Of a stretch of DNA of 50,873 bases, positions 1 through 8,882 are shown piece after piece (position 1 is the stretch's first letter; each line of letters starts with the position of its first letter). The stretch is from a virus. Its lineage: Duplodnaviria > Caudoviricetes. The stretch spans positions 1 to 50,873 of the IMG/VR virus record IMGVR_UViG_3300033148_005005; one strand, written 5' to 3'. The position numbers were made by a program, and so were the translations under genes. The notes beneath the pieces are model-generated. The model was not told the origin of the DNA, made no database searches, and saw nothing but the letters and a program-made list of their open reading frames with translations.

Positions 1-114
1 GGTGGTTCACGATCTGGCAAAACATTCTTGCTATTACGAATGGTAATAGTTCGTGCATTGAAATCACCCAACTCTCGCCATGCTGTTTTCCGGTTTAGAT
101 TCAACGCTATTAAA
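1..114. repeat. Terminal direct repeat (left copy), identical to 50760-50873; circular assembly overlap
   Basis: ggtggttcacgatctggc...caacgctattaaa reads identically at both ends, and the terL reading frame continues across the junction. Confidence 0.97.
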
Positions 115-1281
115 GCATCAATCATTTACGACACGTTACCCAAAGTATTCGCATTATGTTGGCCTGGACTGCTTGAGCGATGCACATTAAACAAAACAGA
201 TTGGTTTCTAACATTACCGAACGGATCTGAAATCTGGTTTGGTGGTCTTGATGACAAGGAACGGACAGAAAAAATATTGGGCCAAGAGTACGCGACGATC
301 TACCTGAATGAGACAAGCCAAATACCTTGGGCCTCTCGCGTACTGGCAATGTCTCGATTGGCACAGAAGACAGAGAACTTAAAACTGAAAGCGTATTATG
401 ATCTTAATCCGAGTTCAAAAAATCATTGGGTTTATCGGTTATTCATTGAAAAGAAAGATCCTTTAACAAAACACCTCGTCAACAGACCATTCAACTTTTC
501 TTATTATAAAATCAATCCAATTGACAACATCGAGAATCTTGATCCTGAATACATCAATGAATTAAATGATTTACCTGAGATGGCGAGAAGACGATTCAAA
601 GAGGGTGAATTCTCCGATGATAGCGATGGCGCATTGTGGACAGAAGAGTTGCTTGCTCAAAACAGGGTTCTTGGTCAAGAAGGCACGCTCCCTGATTGGC
701 TGCGTGTCGTTGTTGCTGTTGATCCAAGTGGTTGCAATGGTGATATTGATTCAAGATCTGATGAGATAGGTATCACTGTTTGTGCGTTAGGTACTGATGG
801 TAAAGGTTATTTACTTGAGGATCTTTCCGGTAAATACAAGCCTGAAAAGTGGGGGCAGATAGCTGTTGATGCTTATAAGAGGCATATGGCTGATGCTATT
901 GTTGGAGAGTCTAATTTTGGTGGTGACATGGTTCGGGCTGTCATTCATGCCGTTGATTCTGATGTGAATTACAAAGATGTTCATGCCTCCCGTGGTAAGG
1001 TTGTCAGGGCAGAACCGATAGCGGCATTGTATGAACGCGAGCGCATTCATCATGTTGGTTATTTCCCAGAGGTTGAAGACCAGATGTGTTCTATGACACA
1101 ATCAGGCTATCAAGGGATAACGTCACCTGACAGAGCTGATAGTGCAGTTTGGGGAATGACTGAGTTGTTTCCAGGCATGACCAAGACAGCCGAATCACAA
1201 AACTGGAAGCCGCCAGGGGTTAAGACAAGAGAAAGATCCGCAGTAAGATATGAAAACTCACACAACAAAAGAAGGTATTAG
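1..1281 (+). CDS. terL: Terminase large subunit, main part (starts at ATG 50667 and wraps; about 457 aa in total)
   Basis: Walker A GGSRSGKT at 1-24 is in frame with ORF 28..1281; Walker B-like YLNE; RNase H-like nuclease motifs VAVDPS and PDRADS. Confidence 0.95.
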   Translation, partial: GGSRSGKTFLLLRMVIVRALKSPNSRHAVFRFRFNAIKASIIYDTLPKVFALCWPGLLERCTLNKTDWFLTLPNGSEIWFGGLDDKERTEKILGQEYATIYLNETSQIPWASRVLAMSRLAQKTENLKLKAYYDLNPSSKNHWVYRLFIEKKDPLTKHLVNRPFNFSYYKINPIDNIENLDPEYINELNDLPEMARRRFKEGEFSDDSDGALWTEELLAQNRVLGQEGTLPDWLRVVVAVDPSGCNGDIDSRSDEIGITVCALGTDGKGYLLEDLSGKYKPEKWGQIAVDAYKRHMADAIVGESNFGGDMVRAVIHAVDSDVNYKDVHASRGKVVRAEPIAALYERERIHHVGYFPEVEDQMCSMTQSGYQGITSPDRADSAVWGMTELFPGMTKTAESQNWKPPGVKTRERSAVRYENSHNKRRY

Positions 1282-1283
1282 TT

Positions 1284-1490
1284 ATGGACGCAGCACATGG
1301 TATGTTAGGTGGTATAGGTGGTGCAATAAACACAATGCTTACAGGGCCAGAACCTATACCTGAAGCTATTGAAGCACCAACGCCCGATGATTTAACAGCA
1401 AGAACAGCCGCTGAAAGAGAGGCGCAAAGAAAGTACGCCGGTGGTGGTCGCGCTGGTACAATGCTCACTAATGACAGTAAATTAGGATAA
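1284..1490 (+). CDS. Small virion-associated protein preceding the portal
   Basis: SD gaaggt; Pro-rich middle and C-terminal GRAGTMLT typical of small pre-portal proteins in podoviruses. Confidence 0.6.
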   Translation: MDAAHGMLGGIGGAINTMLTGPEPIPEAIEAPTPDDLTARTAAEREAQRKYAGGGRAGTMLTNDSKLG

Positions 1491-1494
1491 GACC

Positions 1495-3078
1495 ATGAAG
1501 CTTGATGTCAGTGAACTAAAAAGTTTAGCAAGTACCACTCTTCAGAATCATCAGCCGATGATGAGCTTATACCAGACACTGGCTGATAACTTCTATCCTG
1601 AAAGAGCTGACTTTACCATCGCTAGAAACATAGGTGCAGAGCTGGCTGATATGCTGGTTGACTCATATCCTATTTTAGTTAGGCGTGATCTTGGTGATTC
1701 ATTGAGCGCCATGCTTCGTGATGGTAAATGGTTTGAGATGGGTATCGATGGCGTACCGGATCAAATCGGTGCAATGTGGTTGCAGTGGGCCTCCAAACGA
1801 TTGATGGATCTTATCAATGTCCGATCAGCTAATTTTGTTAGAGCAACAAAAGAAGGCGATCATGATTTTGTTACATTCGGTAATACCGTTATTTCTGTTG
1901 AACCAAACAAAGATAAGGACGGCTTACTATTCCGGTGCTGGCATTTAAAAGATTGCTCATGGTTCGATGATGAAACAGGTCAGGTCGGTGGTGTTGTTAG
2001 AAAATGGACACCAACCTATCGCGACATGATTAAATATTTTGGTAAGGATAATGTTCACAAAGATATCGGTGAGGCAAAAGGCAAAGACCTGATGAAAGAG
2101 GCTGAAGTTCGTCATATGGTTATACCGTCCGATATGTACGGTGATGATGAAATCACTGATAACTATCCGTATGTTTCGATCTTCATTGACATGACCAATA
2201 ATGTTGAGATTGAAATAAAAGGTCTTAATAATAAATATTACGTGGTTCCAAGATTCAAGACAGTACCTGGATCACCATTTGCTTATTCACCCGCTACTGT
2301 TGCTGGTCTTCCTGATGCACGATCAGCTCAACAAATTCAGCACACACTGCTTGAAGCCGGTGAGAGATATGCGCGACCACCTATCATAGCAACCGAGAAA
2401 GTCATTCGATCAGATGTTGATTTATCAGCTGATGGTATCACTTGGGTCGATGAGAAATATGATGAGAAAATGGGTGCAGCTCTGCGTCCTATGGCTCAAG
2501 ATCGTGGGGGCTTCCCGATTGGTGTCGCTATTCAAGAACGTATTGCTGAAACATTGAAGTCTGCGTTCTATACCAATAAACTGACTTTGCCAGATACAGG
2601 CCGCGAGATGACAGCGTATGAAGTTTCTGAACGAATGAAACAATACAGGCGTGAGAACCTTCCGTTATTTTCGCCTATTGAATCAGAATACAATGGTCAG
2701 CTTTGCGAATTGGCTTTTGATATCGCTATGAGTCATGGGTTCTTGGGATCACCTCAAGATATTCCTGAATCATTACTTGATAAAGATGTTAAGTTTGAAT
2801 TCATATCGCCATTAAGCGAATCAGAGGAAGAGAAGAAAGTGACTCAATTCCAACAGGTTATCGGTGTGGTTAAACAAGCGATGGAGATTGACCCAAATGC
2901 TGGTGATAATATAAATATGGATCAAGCGTCACGTGATGCAATGAGTGGATCGGGCGCACCTGAAAGCTGGAAACAGCTTCCTGAAGTAGTTGAACAGAAG
3001 AGACAAGACAAACAGGTTGCTCAAGCAGCACAAATGGCAGTTGAGTCTGGTCTTCTTGATATCGGTGGTGGTCAGTGA
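1495..3078 (+). CDS. Portal (head-to-tail connector), T7 gp8/BPP-1-like
   Basis: 527 aa directly after terL; motifs YYVVPRF..PGSPFAYSP, EMTAYEVSERM and FEFISPL. Confidence 0.9.
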   Translation: MKLDVSELKSLASTTLQNHQPMMSLYQTLADNFYPERADFTIARNIGAELADMLVDSYPILVRRDLGDSLSAMLRDGKWFEMGIDGVPDQIGAMWLQWASKRLMDLINVRSANFVRATKEGDHDFVTFGNTVISVEPNKDKDGLLFRCWHLKDCSWFDDETGQVGGVVRKWTPTYRDMIKYFGKDNVHKDIGEAKGKDLMKEAEVRHMVIPSDMYGDDEITDNYPYVSIFIDMTNNVEIEIKGLNNKYYVVPRFKTVPGSPFAYSPATVAGLPDARSAQQIQHTLLEAGERYARPPIIATEKVIRSDVDLSADGITWVDEKYDEKMGAALRPMAQDRGGFPIGVAIQERIAETLKSAFYTNKLTLPDTGREMTAYEVSERMKQYRRENLPLFSPIESEYNGQLCELAFDIAMSHGFLGSPQDIPESLLDKDVKFEFISPLSESEEEKKVTQFQQVIGVVKQAMEIDPNAGDNINMDQASRDAMSGSGAPESWKQLPEVVEQKRQDKQVAQAAQMAVESGLLDIGGGQ

Positions 3079-3371
3079 TGGACGATCAAACACCACCATG
3101 CTTCATGTGCAGGAAGATGAGCAAAAAAGAAATCGAAGCCATCAAAGCACTAGGCAAAGGAGAGGCTGATGCACATCAACAAGGACTTGTTCTCAAGGCT
3201 ATCATTAATGATTTCAGTCGTTCTCATGATCTATGCTACATACCTGATTCACACGATCAATCAACTTTTATATCTGGCCGCGCTTTCGTTGGTCAGCAAC
3301 TTTTGAAGTACCTGAAAATCCCGATAGGGCAATTGATACAAGAGGAAAATAATAATGAAATTCAGAAATAG
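3075..3371 (+). CDS. Bbp19-like hypothetical protein
   Basis: Lies between portal and scaffold; STFISGRAFVGQQLL motif. Confidence 0.65.
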   Translation: MMDDQTPPCFMCRKMSKKEIEAIKALGKGEADAHQQGLVLKAIINDFSRSHDLCYIPDSHDQSTFISGRAFVGQQLLKYLKIPIGQLIQEENNNEIQK

Positions 3372-4431
3372 AAATAGACGGTTAGGTATGGGTCAATTCG
3401 GTCACTTGTTTATCAATTCAATTGATGCTGGTGACGGCGGTGGCGGTGGTGATGCTGGTGGTGATGCTGGTGCATCCGGTGGTGACGCAGGCGCTGGTGG
3501 TGATGGATCTGGCGATGCTGGCGCGGCTGGTGATTCCGGCGCTGCATCTGGTGACGCTGGTGATGGATCTGCATCAGGTGCTGCGTCCGGTGACAATGGT
3601 GATGGTGCTGCATCAAATTACTTTGGCACAATGCCTGAAGATTGGCGCAAACAAGCTGTAACCAGTATGGGCTATGCTGAAGACTCTGATGATTATACTA
3701 AGGCAATGAAACAACTTGATCGCGTTTCAGATATGGGTGTTTTCACTAAAAATTATCTATCAGCCCAAGAGAAAATCCGAACTGGTGAAATTAGTAATGG
3801 TCTTCCTGAAAATGCAACCGAAGAACAGATTGCTGATTACCGTGAAGCGAATGGTGTTCCTGCTACCGCTGCTGATTATCAGTTAACGCTTGATGAAGGT
3901 CTTGTGCTTGGTAAAGGTGATGAAAAAATCATGGGCGGTATCTATGAGATAGCTCATGCCTCAAATGTTTCATCTGAAGTCATGAGTCAAATGACTAACG
4001 CAATGCTGTCTGGTCGTCAGGCTGAAGCTGATCAACGCCTGACTCAAGATGGTATTGATCACCAGACAACAAACCAACAGCTAAAAGATACCTGGGGTGG
4101 TGATCTAACCGCCAACGTCAACATGGTATCCGGTTTGGTTGCGTTGTTACCTGAATCAGTCAAGGAACAATTTGAAAATGCACGACTTCTCAACGGTAAA
4201 GCTATATTTAATAGCCCTGAAATGATGATTGCGATGGCTGATTGGGCCAGAAAGATAAACCCATCTGCTACTGTTGTTCCTAACTCAAGTAACCCTGTTG
4301 CTGATATCAACAGTGAACTCGCTTCATTGAAAGCCAAAATGGGTACATCTGAATGGTCTAAGGATAAAGAAGGCCAAGCTCGATACGTGGCGTTGCTTAC
4401 AGCAAAAGAAAACATGAGTATGAATAAATAA
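3355..4431 (+). CDS. Capsid scaffolding/assembly protein
   Basis: Position before the capsid gene; low-complexity G/D/A N-terminus, then GVP..AADYQL and a helical LKDTWG region. Confidence 0.8.
   Translation: MKFRNRNRRLGMGQFGHLFINSIDAGDGGGGGDAGGDAGASGGDAGAGGDGSGDAGAAGDSGAASGDAGDGSASGAASGDNGDGAASNYFGTMPEDWRKQAVTSMGYAEDSDDYTKAMKQLDRVSDMGVFTKNYLSAQEKIRTGEISNGLPENATEEQIADYREANGVPATAADYQLTLDEGLVLGKGDEKIMGGIYEIAHASNVSSEVMSQMTNAMLSGRQAEADQRLTQDGIDHQTTNQQLKDTWGGDLTANVNMVSGLVALLPESVKEQFENARLLNGKAIFNSPEMMIAMADWARKINPSATVVPNSSNPVADINSELASLKAKMGTSEWSKDKEGQARYVALLTAKENMSMNK
3424..3612 (+). repeat. Low-complexity GGTGAT/GCT codon repeats encoding a Gly-Asp-Ala linker
   Basis: Repeated ggtgatgct / ggtgacgct / gatggatct units. 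Confidence 0.8.
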
Positions 4432-4459
4432 GAACCCTGAGCCGGTAGGATTGCACCAC

Positions 4460-4471
4460 GCCAAGGATGGC
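4460..4471 (+). promoter_or_regulatory. Candidate CsrA/RsmA-binding hairpin GCCA-AGGA-UGGC in the leader of ORF 4510
   Basis: AGGA in the loop of a 4-bp stem matching CAnGGAUG; further GGA motifs at 4448-4450 and in the SD. Confidence 0.45.
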
Positions 4472-4509
4472 TTCTATTAATTTAATCAAATCAAAGTAAG
4501 GAATTTATT

Positions 4510-5145
4510 ATGTCACTTTATAATTTAAAGAGATCTATCAATGCTGTCATCATCGAGTCTATCGATAACTGCTGTATCACAACGACTGATGGCAATGAGA
4601 TCCATGTGAGTCATGAATGGATAGCGTTAAACGAACCTAAGTCTGGTGATTATTATTTCGATGATCAGTGTATGCGTCCTTTGTTGTTTAAATCGATTTA
4701 TGGAGAGATTAAAGAAGTTGGTGTTGTTGAGGCTAACGATACCGAGAATACAGATTTATTAAGCGGTAGTGAAGCGTTGTTTGGTTTTTGTGGTTGGTTA
4801 ACGACACGAGAAGAAGAAACAATCATGAGTTCATCAAATGATTGTTCTCCAGTTGTAGATCTTATAAGTCGTTTTTGTGCTGAGAATAGTCTTCGTGAGC
4901 CTGGCGAGTTCTATAATCAAAATCTATCTTTTCCTTCTGATGAAGTAAAAGAAAATGAAACCGAAGTCTCTGATACTGAAGTCTCTGATACTGAAGCTGT
5001 TGATCCAGCCGATCAAGTTGAAGTTGGCGAGATTAATGAAAGTGATATTGATGAAGCAGCCGACACTGATGCAGAGTCTATTAATGAAGTAGAAGTTGAT
5101 TCTGATATCGAATCTAGCACTGAAGATAGTGTTGATGGCGAATAA
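4510..5145 (+). CDS. Hypothetical chimeric protein with acidic tail
   Basis: SD aaggaa; two compact domains, then a D/E-rich tail with a 15-bp tandem repeat (TEVSD x2). Confidence 0.7.
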   Translation: MSLYNLKRSINAVIIESIDNCCITTTDGNEIHVSHEWIALNEPKSGDYYFDDQCMRPLLFKSIYGEIKEVGVVEANDTENTDLLSGSEALFGFCGWLTTREEETIMSSSNDCSPVVDLISRFCAENSLREPGEFYNQNLSFPSDEVKENETEVSDTEVSDTEAVDPADQVEVGEINESDIDEAADTDAESINEVEVDSDIESSTEDSVDGE

Positions 5146-5160
5146 CTAATCAGGTATAAC
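5132..5160 (+). promoter_or_regulatory. Putative sigma70 promoter for the 5205 moron
   Basis: TTGATG-N17-TATAAC. Confidence 0.5.
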
Positions 5161-5204
5161 TGATCTGTCAATTTTATATTAACAACAACGAAAGGGAGAA
5201 CTCG

Positions 5205-5501
5205 ATGTATAAGTTATTTTTTGCACTCTGTATGATGTGCTTAATGGTTAGCTTTCCGACAGTGCAAGCTGCTGGAATATTGGCAGACAAGGCTGATTCA
5301 GCTTGTTTTAGTTGCCACGCCAAGCCTATTGGAGACAACACACAAACCAACGCAAACTTTGAACGACTGCTTGGTTCTGATGAAAAAGCGACCATTAATA
5401 CAGATAAAAAACAAGAAAGCTATCCCTCATTTAATGCCATATCGCTGCTTAAAAACAGTCGAGTCTTTGGGGGTGACTCAATTGGCATTGGTATTATATA
5501 A
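5205..5501 (+). CDS. Secreted small protein with a CxxCH (c-type heme-attachment) motif
   Basis: SD agggag; Sec-type signal peptide ending VQA|A; CFSCH motif about 11 residues into the mature chain. Confidence 0.6.
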   Translation: MYKLFFALCMMCLMVSFPTVQAAGILADKADSACFSCHAKPIGDNTQTNANFERLLGSDEKATINTDKKQESYPSFNAISLLKNSRVFGGDSIGIGII

Positions 5502-5524
5502 CCACAAAACTTAATTACTCCAAG

Positions 5525-5553
5525 AAAGCCCGTTCCAATTAACGGGCTTTTTT
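5525..5553 (+). terminator. Rho-independent terminator (possibly bidirectional)
   Basis: aaagcccgtt-ccaatt-aacgggcttt followed by a T-run. Confidence 0.85.
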
Positions 5554-5591
5554 ATTGACATAACATTATCAATATGGCTAAATCATCTCAT

Positions 5592-5686
5592 ACACCGAAT
5601 AAGACCCCTGAATGAAGGCGTAGCGGCCCCGCAAGGCTAACCCGCATCAAACCATCAGATGGCTAACTCTAAAGACGGTAAAGTGT
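5592..5686 (+). ncRNA. Structured 5' leader RNA of the major capsid gene
   Basis: Nested stems with a GCAA tetraloop; the motif CCCC...GGCUAAC occurs twice. Confidence 0.55.
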
Positions 5687-5722
5687 TTTAATTTTTACTT
5701 AACCTTACTTGAGGATACTCTG

Positions 5723-6550
5723 ATGAGCGATAGTGCGTTTCAGACAATGTTCCGTGACGAAACCATTGCTGGTTTTGAAAAACGGGAATCATTAGCGCGT
5801 AAAACAGTAACAGTAGAAAGCGAGATTGATGGTAATACTGCCGTCTTCTTGGTTGCTGATTCTGGTGGCGCAACAGCCGTTACTCGTGGTTTGAATGGCG
5901 ACATTCCAACTCGTGCTGACAACTTAAATCAATTTAGTGCTACTTTGAAAGAATGGCATGACGTACCTGAACGAACTAAGTTCAACATCTTTGCATCGCA
6001 AGGTGAAGGTCGTCGTATCATGCAGGAAACATCAATGACGGTTATCAATCGTAAGATCGATGACGACATTCATGCTGCTCTTGGTAACGCGACTGTAACC
6101 TGGGGTGCTGCTGCTGTTGTAACTTTGTTACTTATCAGTAAAGCAAAAACCAAATTGGGTAATGCTTTTGCTCTTGATGAAGAGCCATATGCATTAATCA
6201 CACCAGCGTTCTACGGCTACATGATGAGCTTGTCAGTATTCACCTCTGCCGATTACATCAATCAAAAACCATTTGAAGGCACGAGTAAATCTCTAGCCTT
6301 TAACTGGTATGGTGTGAACTGGATCGTTGATGGTGGTTTGCCTGGTGTCGGTACTGCAAGTGCTTCATGCTTCATGTATGCAAAGGCTGCAATTGGTCAT
6401 GCATGTGATGTTGAGAACTTGCAAACCTTCGTTGGTTACGACGACAAAAACGATAAGTCATGGGCGCGTTGCTCTACTTATATGGGTTCAAAGCTTCTTC
6501 AGAATAGTGGTGTCGTTAAGATGCTGCATGATGATTCAGCATTGAGTTAA
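5723..6550 (+). CDS. Major capsid protein
   Basis: Strong SD gagga; 275 aa after the scaffold; INRKIDDDI and AAIG motifs typical of BPP-1/APSE-type capsid proteins. Confidence 0.88.
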   Translation: MSDSAFQTMFRDETIAGFEKRESLARKTVTVESEIDGNTAVFLVADSGGATAVTRGLNGDIPTRADNLNQFSATLKEWHDVPERTKFNIFASQGEGRRIMQETSMTVINRKIDDDIHAALGNATVTWGAAAVVTLLLISKAKTKLGNAFALDEEPYALITPAFYGYMMSLSVFTSADYINQKPFEGTSKSLAFNWYGVNWIVDGGLPGVGTASASCFMYAKAAIGHACDVENLQTFVGYDDKNDKSWARCSTYMGSKLLQNSGVVKMLHDDSALS

Positions 6551-6617
6551 TACATAGTAGTTATGTGGCTGGTGTTTCAGCTGCATAACAAGCTCACTTT
6601 AATCAAGGAGATTAAAA

Positions 6618-7175
6618 ATGGCTTATTCTACATCTGCTCCAGTGGCACTTATATCACAGCGTGTAGGCGCTGATGGTGGTGCTATTTGGATTTATAAATC
6701 AACCGACACTCTTGGTGATGCCTTAGCTGCTGATTATATTTCAGACGGCTTTGATCTTGGCTTGAAAGTTGGTGATGTTGTTATTGTTATTGATAGCACT
6801 AACACAAAAGTATCAAGCTGCACTGTTACAACTGTAACTGAAGATGGTGCTGCTTCGTTATCTATTAATGAAACTCAAGAGCTAACTGCCTCTGGTGCTG
6901 TGACTCCAGGTGTTTCAATTCTTGAAGTAAATCATGCCACTGTCGTTGTTGCTGCAACTATTGCAGACGCTCTCGCACATGCTGGTTTATTTATCATTAA
7001 AGATACGAGCGCATCTGGTACAGCTGCACATACAGTCACATTGACCTCTGGAACATTTGATGGCTCAAGCACTATCGCCACTCTTAATGCGCCAGGTGAA
7101 CAATTGATTGTATTCATTGACGATTCTGGTGATGGTGTCATCATTCAAAATACTGGTGCTGTAGCACTTAGTTAA
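6618..7175 (+). CDS. Probable capsid decoration/minor structural protein
   Basis: SD aaggag; follows the capsid gene; beta-rich with LKVGDVVIV. Confidence 0.6.
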   Translation: MAYSTSAPVALISQRVGADGGAIWIYKSTDTLGDALAADYISDGFDLGLKVGDVVIVIDSTNTKVSSCTVTTVTEDGAASLSINETQELTASGAVTPGVSILEVNHATVVVAATIADALAHAGLFIIKDTSASGTAAHTVTLTSGTFDGSSTIATLNAPGEQLIVFIDDSGDGVIIQNTGAVALS

Positions 7176-7189
7176 TCAGTAACCGTCTT

Positions 7190-7222
7190 CACCGGCTTCA
7201 TTTTGGGGCCGGTGCTTTCTTT
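7190..7222 (+). terminator. Rho-independent terminator after the capsid/decoration genes
   Basis: caccggc...gccggtg stem followed by ctttcttt. Confidence 0.7.
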
Positions 7223-7243
7223 CCATTAACGAGGTGAAAAGCT

Positions 7244-7696
7244 ATGTCTAATAAAGACAAGAATATAAAAGTTGATCCTTTGCGACCAAGTAATTTCGGT
7301 TTACTTGAGCATAAAGCACGACGGTTTGATGCGGTAGTGAATCCAGAGTATATAAACTCTTTGGAAGACCCTGATCTTTGGGTTAACTGCGCCAACAAAA
7401 TAGATATGGGCGATGAGATTCGTTGCCTAGCTGAAGATATGTCGTTTGTTGCTTATGGCATTTGTACGTTTAAGCAGGGAACAACTGTTAAATTAAAAAT
7501 CATTCAGTTCAAAGAACTTGATCCTGTTGATGATGATCTTGCAGAAAAAGAAAGTGATTTTGAAGTTAAGATGCGCGGTAAGAAAAAATGGTGCATCTCT
7601 AAAAAATCAACTGGCGAGATAATTAAAGAAGGTATCTCGAAACAAGCGGAAGCCTTAAAAGAACTCGCTGATTACGAAAAAGCACTAGGACGATAA
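7244..7696 (+). CDS. Hypothetical protein
   Basis: SD gaggtg; 150-aa ORF in the structural operon. Confidence 0.75.
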   Translation: MSNKDKNIKVDPLRPSNFGLLEHKARRFDAVVNPEYINSLEDPDLWVNCANKIDMGDEIRCLAEDMSFVAYGICTFKQGTTVKLKIIQFKELDPVDDDLAEKESDFEVKMRGKKKWCISKKSTGEIIKEGISKQAEALKELADYEKALGR

Positions 7697-7700
7697 AATC

Positions 7701-8882
7701 ATGGCTATCGATAAGCTGTCACTGTACAACAATGCACTGACTCTTATCGGTCAGCGTACCCTAGATAACCTAACGGAAGACAGACCATCTCGATATGCTC
7801 TTGATGCGGCTTATGATCTTGATGCAATTGCTTATTGTCTTGAGATTGTAAAGCCGGTCTTTGCTAGAAAAACGATCACTGATTCTTCTTCCACTACTAG
7901 TTCGGGCCATGATCTTGATAATGTTTTCACATTACCAGCTGATTATCTTTCTCTTATCGGTGTCTACAGTGATGCAGTATTAGATGAAGAAATTGAGAGA
8001 TACATCATTGAAGGCAATACCCTTGCTTGTGAACACGCAACAATCTATTTGCGTTATGTATCTGATGATGCTGTAACTGTCTTCACATACTGGTCGCCAT
8101 CGTTCGCACAAGTCGTATCCAGTTTCTTAGCACGAGAAATAAGTGTACACATTGCTCCAAAACAAACAGAGCAAGCTGACGCTAAATTCGTTGACCGGAT
8201 CAAATCATCTATCGAGATGGATAAAGATCGGGAGCCAACAAAAAGGTCTTCAGCATCAACAGTAACAATGACCAATGAGTGGCGTGCAGTTTATAACGAT
8301 GCATTGCTGATCATGGGTCTACCAGAAATCACATCGAATAATGATGACTCCAACAGAAGAGCTAAATTAGATCACGCATTGAATAGCGGTGTCGTTAAAG
8401 CGTTGCTTGAAATAACTGGCTGGACGTTTGCCACGCAGTCAACAAAAAGCATTTACGATCCATCTGTTGAGCCGTCATGGGGATTTAAAAGGGCGCACGC
8501 ATACCCACCTAAAATGCACCGCATTGATGGTTACTTTTATGACGAATATATGCGTAACCCATTGAAGTTATATACTGATGAGGGTGACAAAATATTTACT
8601 GATGAAGATGAAATTTATGTGAAGTTTATCAGCACAGATTTTTTAACTGACATCACATTATGGCCTATGCACTTTCAGCGATTAGTTGGCGCAAGAATGG
8701 CAGCTGATGCTGCCGGTAGTTTAAAATCAGAAGGCGCTGATCTTAAGATGGCGAGAGAGATTTATGAAGAGCGCGAAGAGACAGCAAAATCAATTGATAC
8801 GATGGCATCCCCGCCTCGCGTGTTGTCCGGTGGTAAGTGGGCCGGTTCAAGATACACGGGTCGCTACAATGGGAGACCGTAA
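7701..8882 (+). CDS. Tail adaptor (tail tubular protein A, T7 gp11-like) with a tandem domain duplication
   Basis: Two copies of the pattern YN.AL..iG ... P ... EG..i......iY..yvS ... W...F..vv...lA. Confidence 0.8.
   Translation: MAIDKLSLYNNALTLIGQRTLDNLTEDRPSRYALDAAYDLDAIAYCLEIVKPVFARKTITDSSSTTSSGHDLDNVFTLPADYLSLIGVYSDAVLDEEIERYIIEGNTLACEHATIYLRYVSDDAVTVFTYWSPSFAQVVSSFLAREISVHIAPKQTEQADAKFVDRIKSSIEMDKDREPTKRSSASTVTMTNEWRAVYNDALLIMGLPEITSNNDDSNRRAKLDHALNSGVVKALLEITGWTFATQSTKSIYDPSVEPSWGFKRAHAYPPKMHRIDGYFYDEYMRNPLKLYTDEGDKIFTDEDEIYVKFISTDFLTDITLWPMHFQRLVGARMAADAAGSLKSEGADLKMAREIYEEREETAKSIDTMASPPRVLSGGKWAGSRYTGRYNGRP

Noticed and set aside
1-114. Biological terminal repeat of a T7-like genome
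   Set aside because: It falls inside the terL coding sequence, so it is better explained as assembly overlap of a circularly permuted genome
3402-3661. His-rich, Pro/Ala-rich and Val/Leu-rich alternative-frame ORFs
   Set aside because: They are shadows of the Gly-Asp-Ala codon repeats in the scaffold gene
6560-6589. Terminator after the major capsid gene
   Set aside because: The hairpin gttatg...cataac is present but has no U-tract; it is at most a stability element
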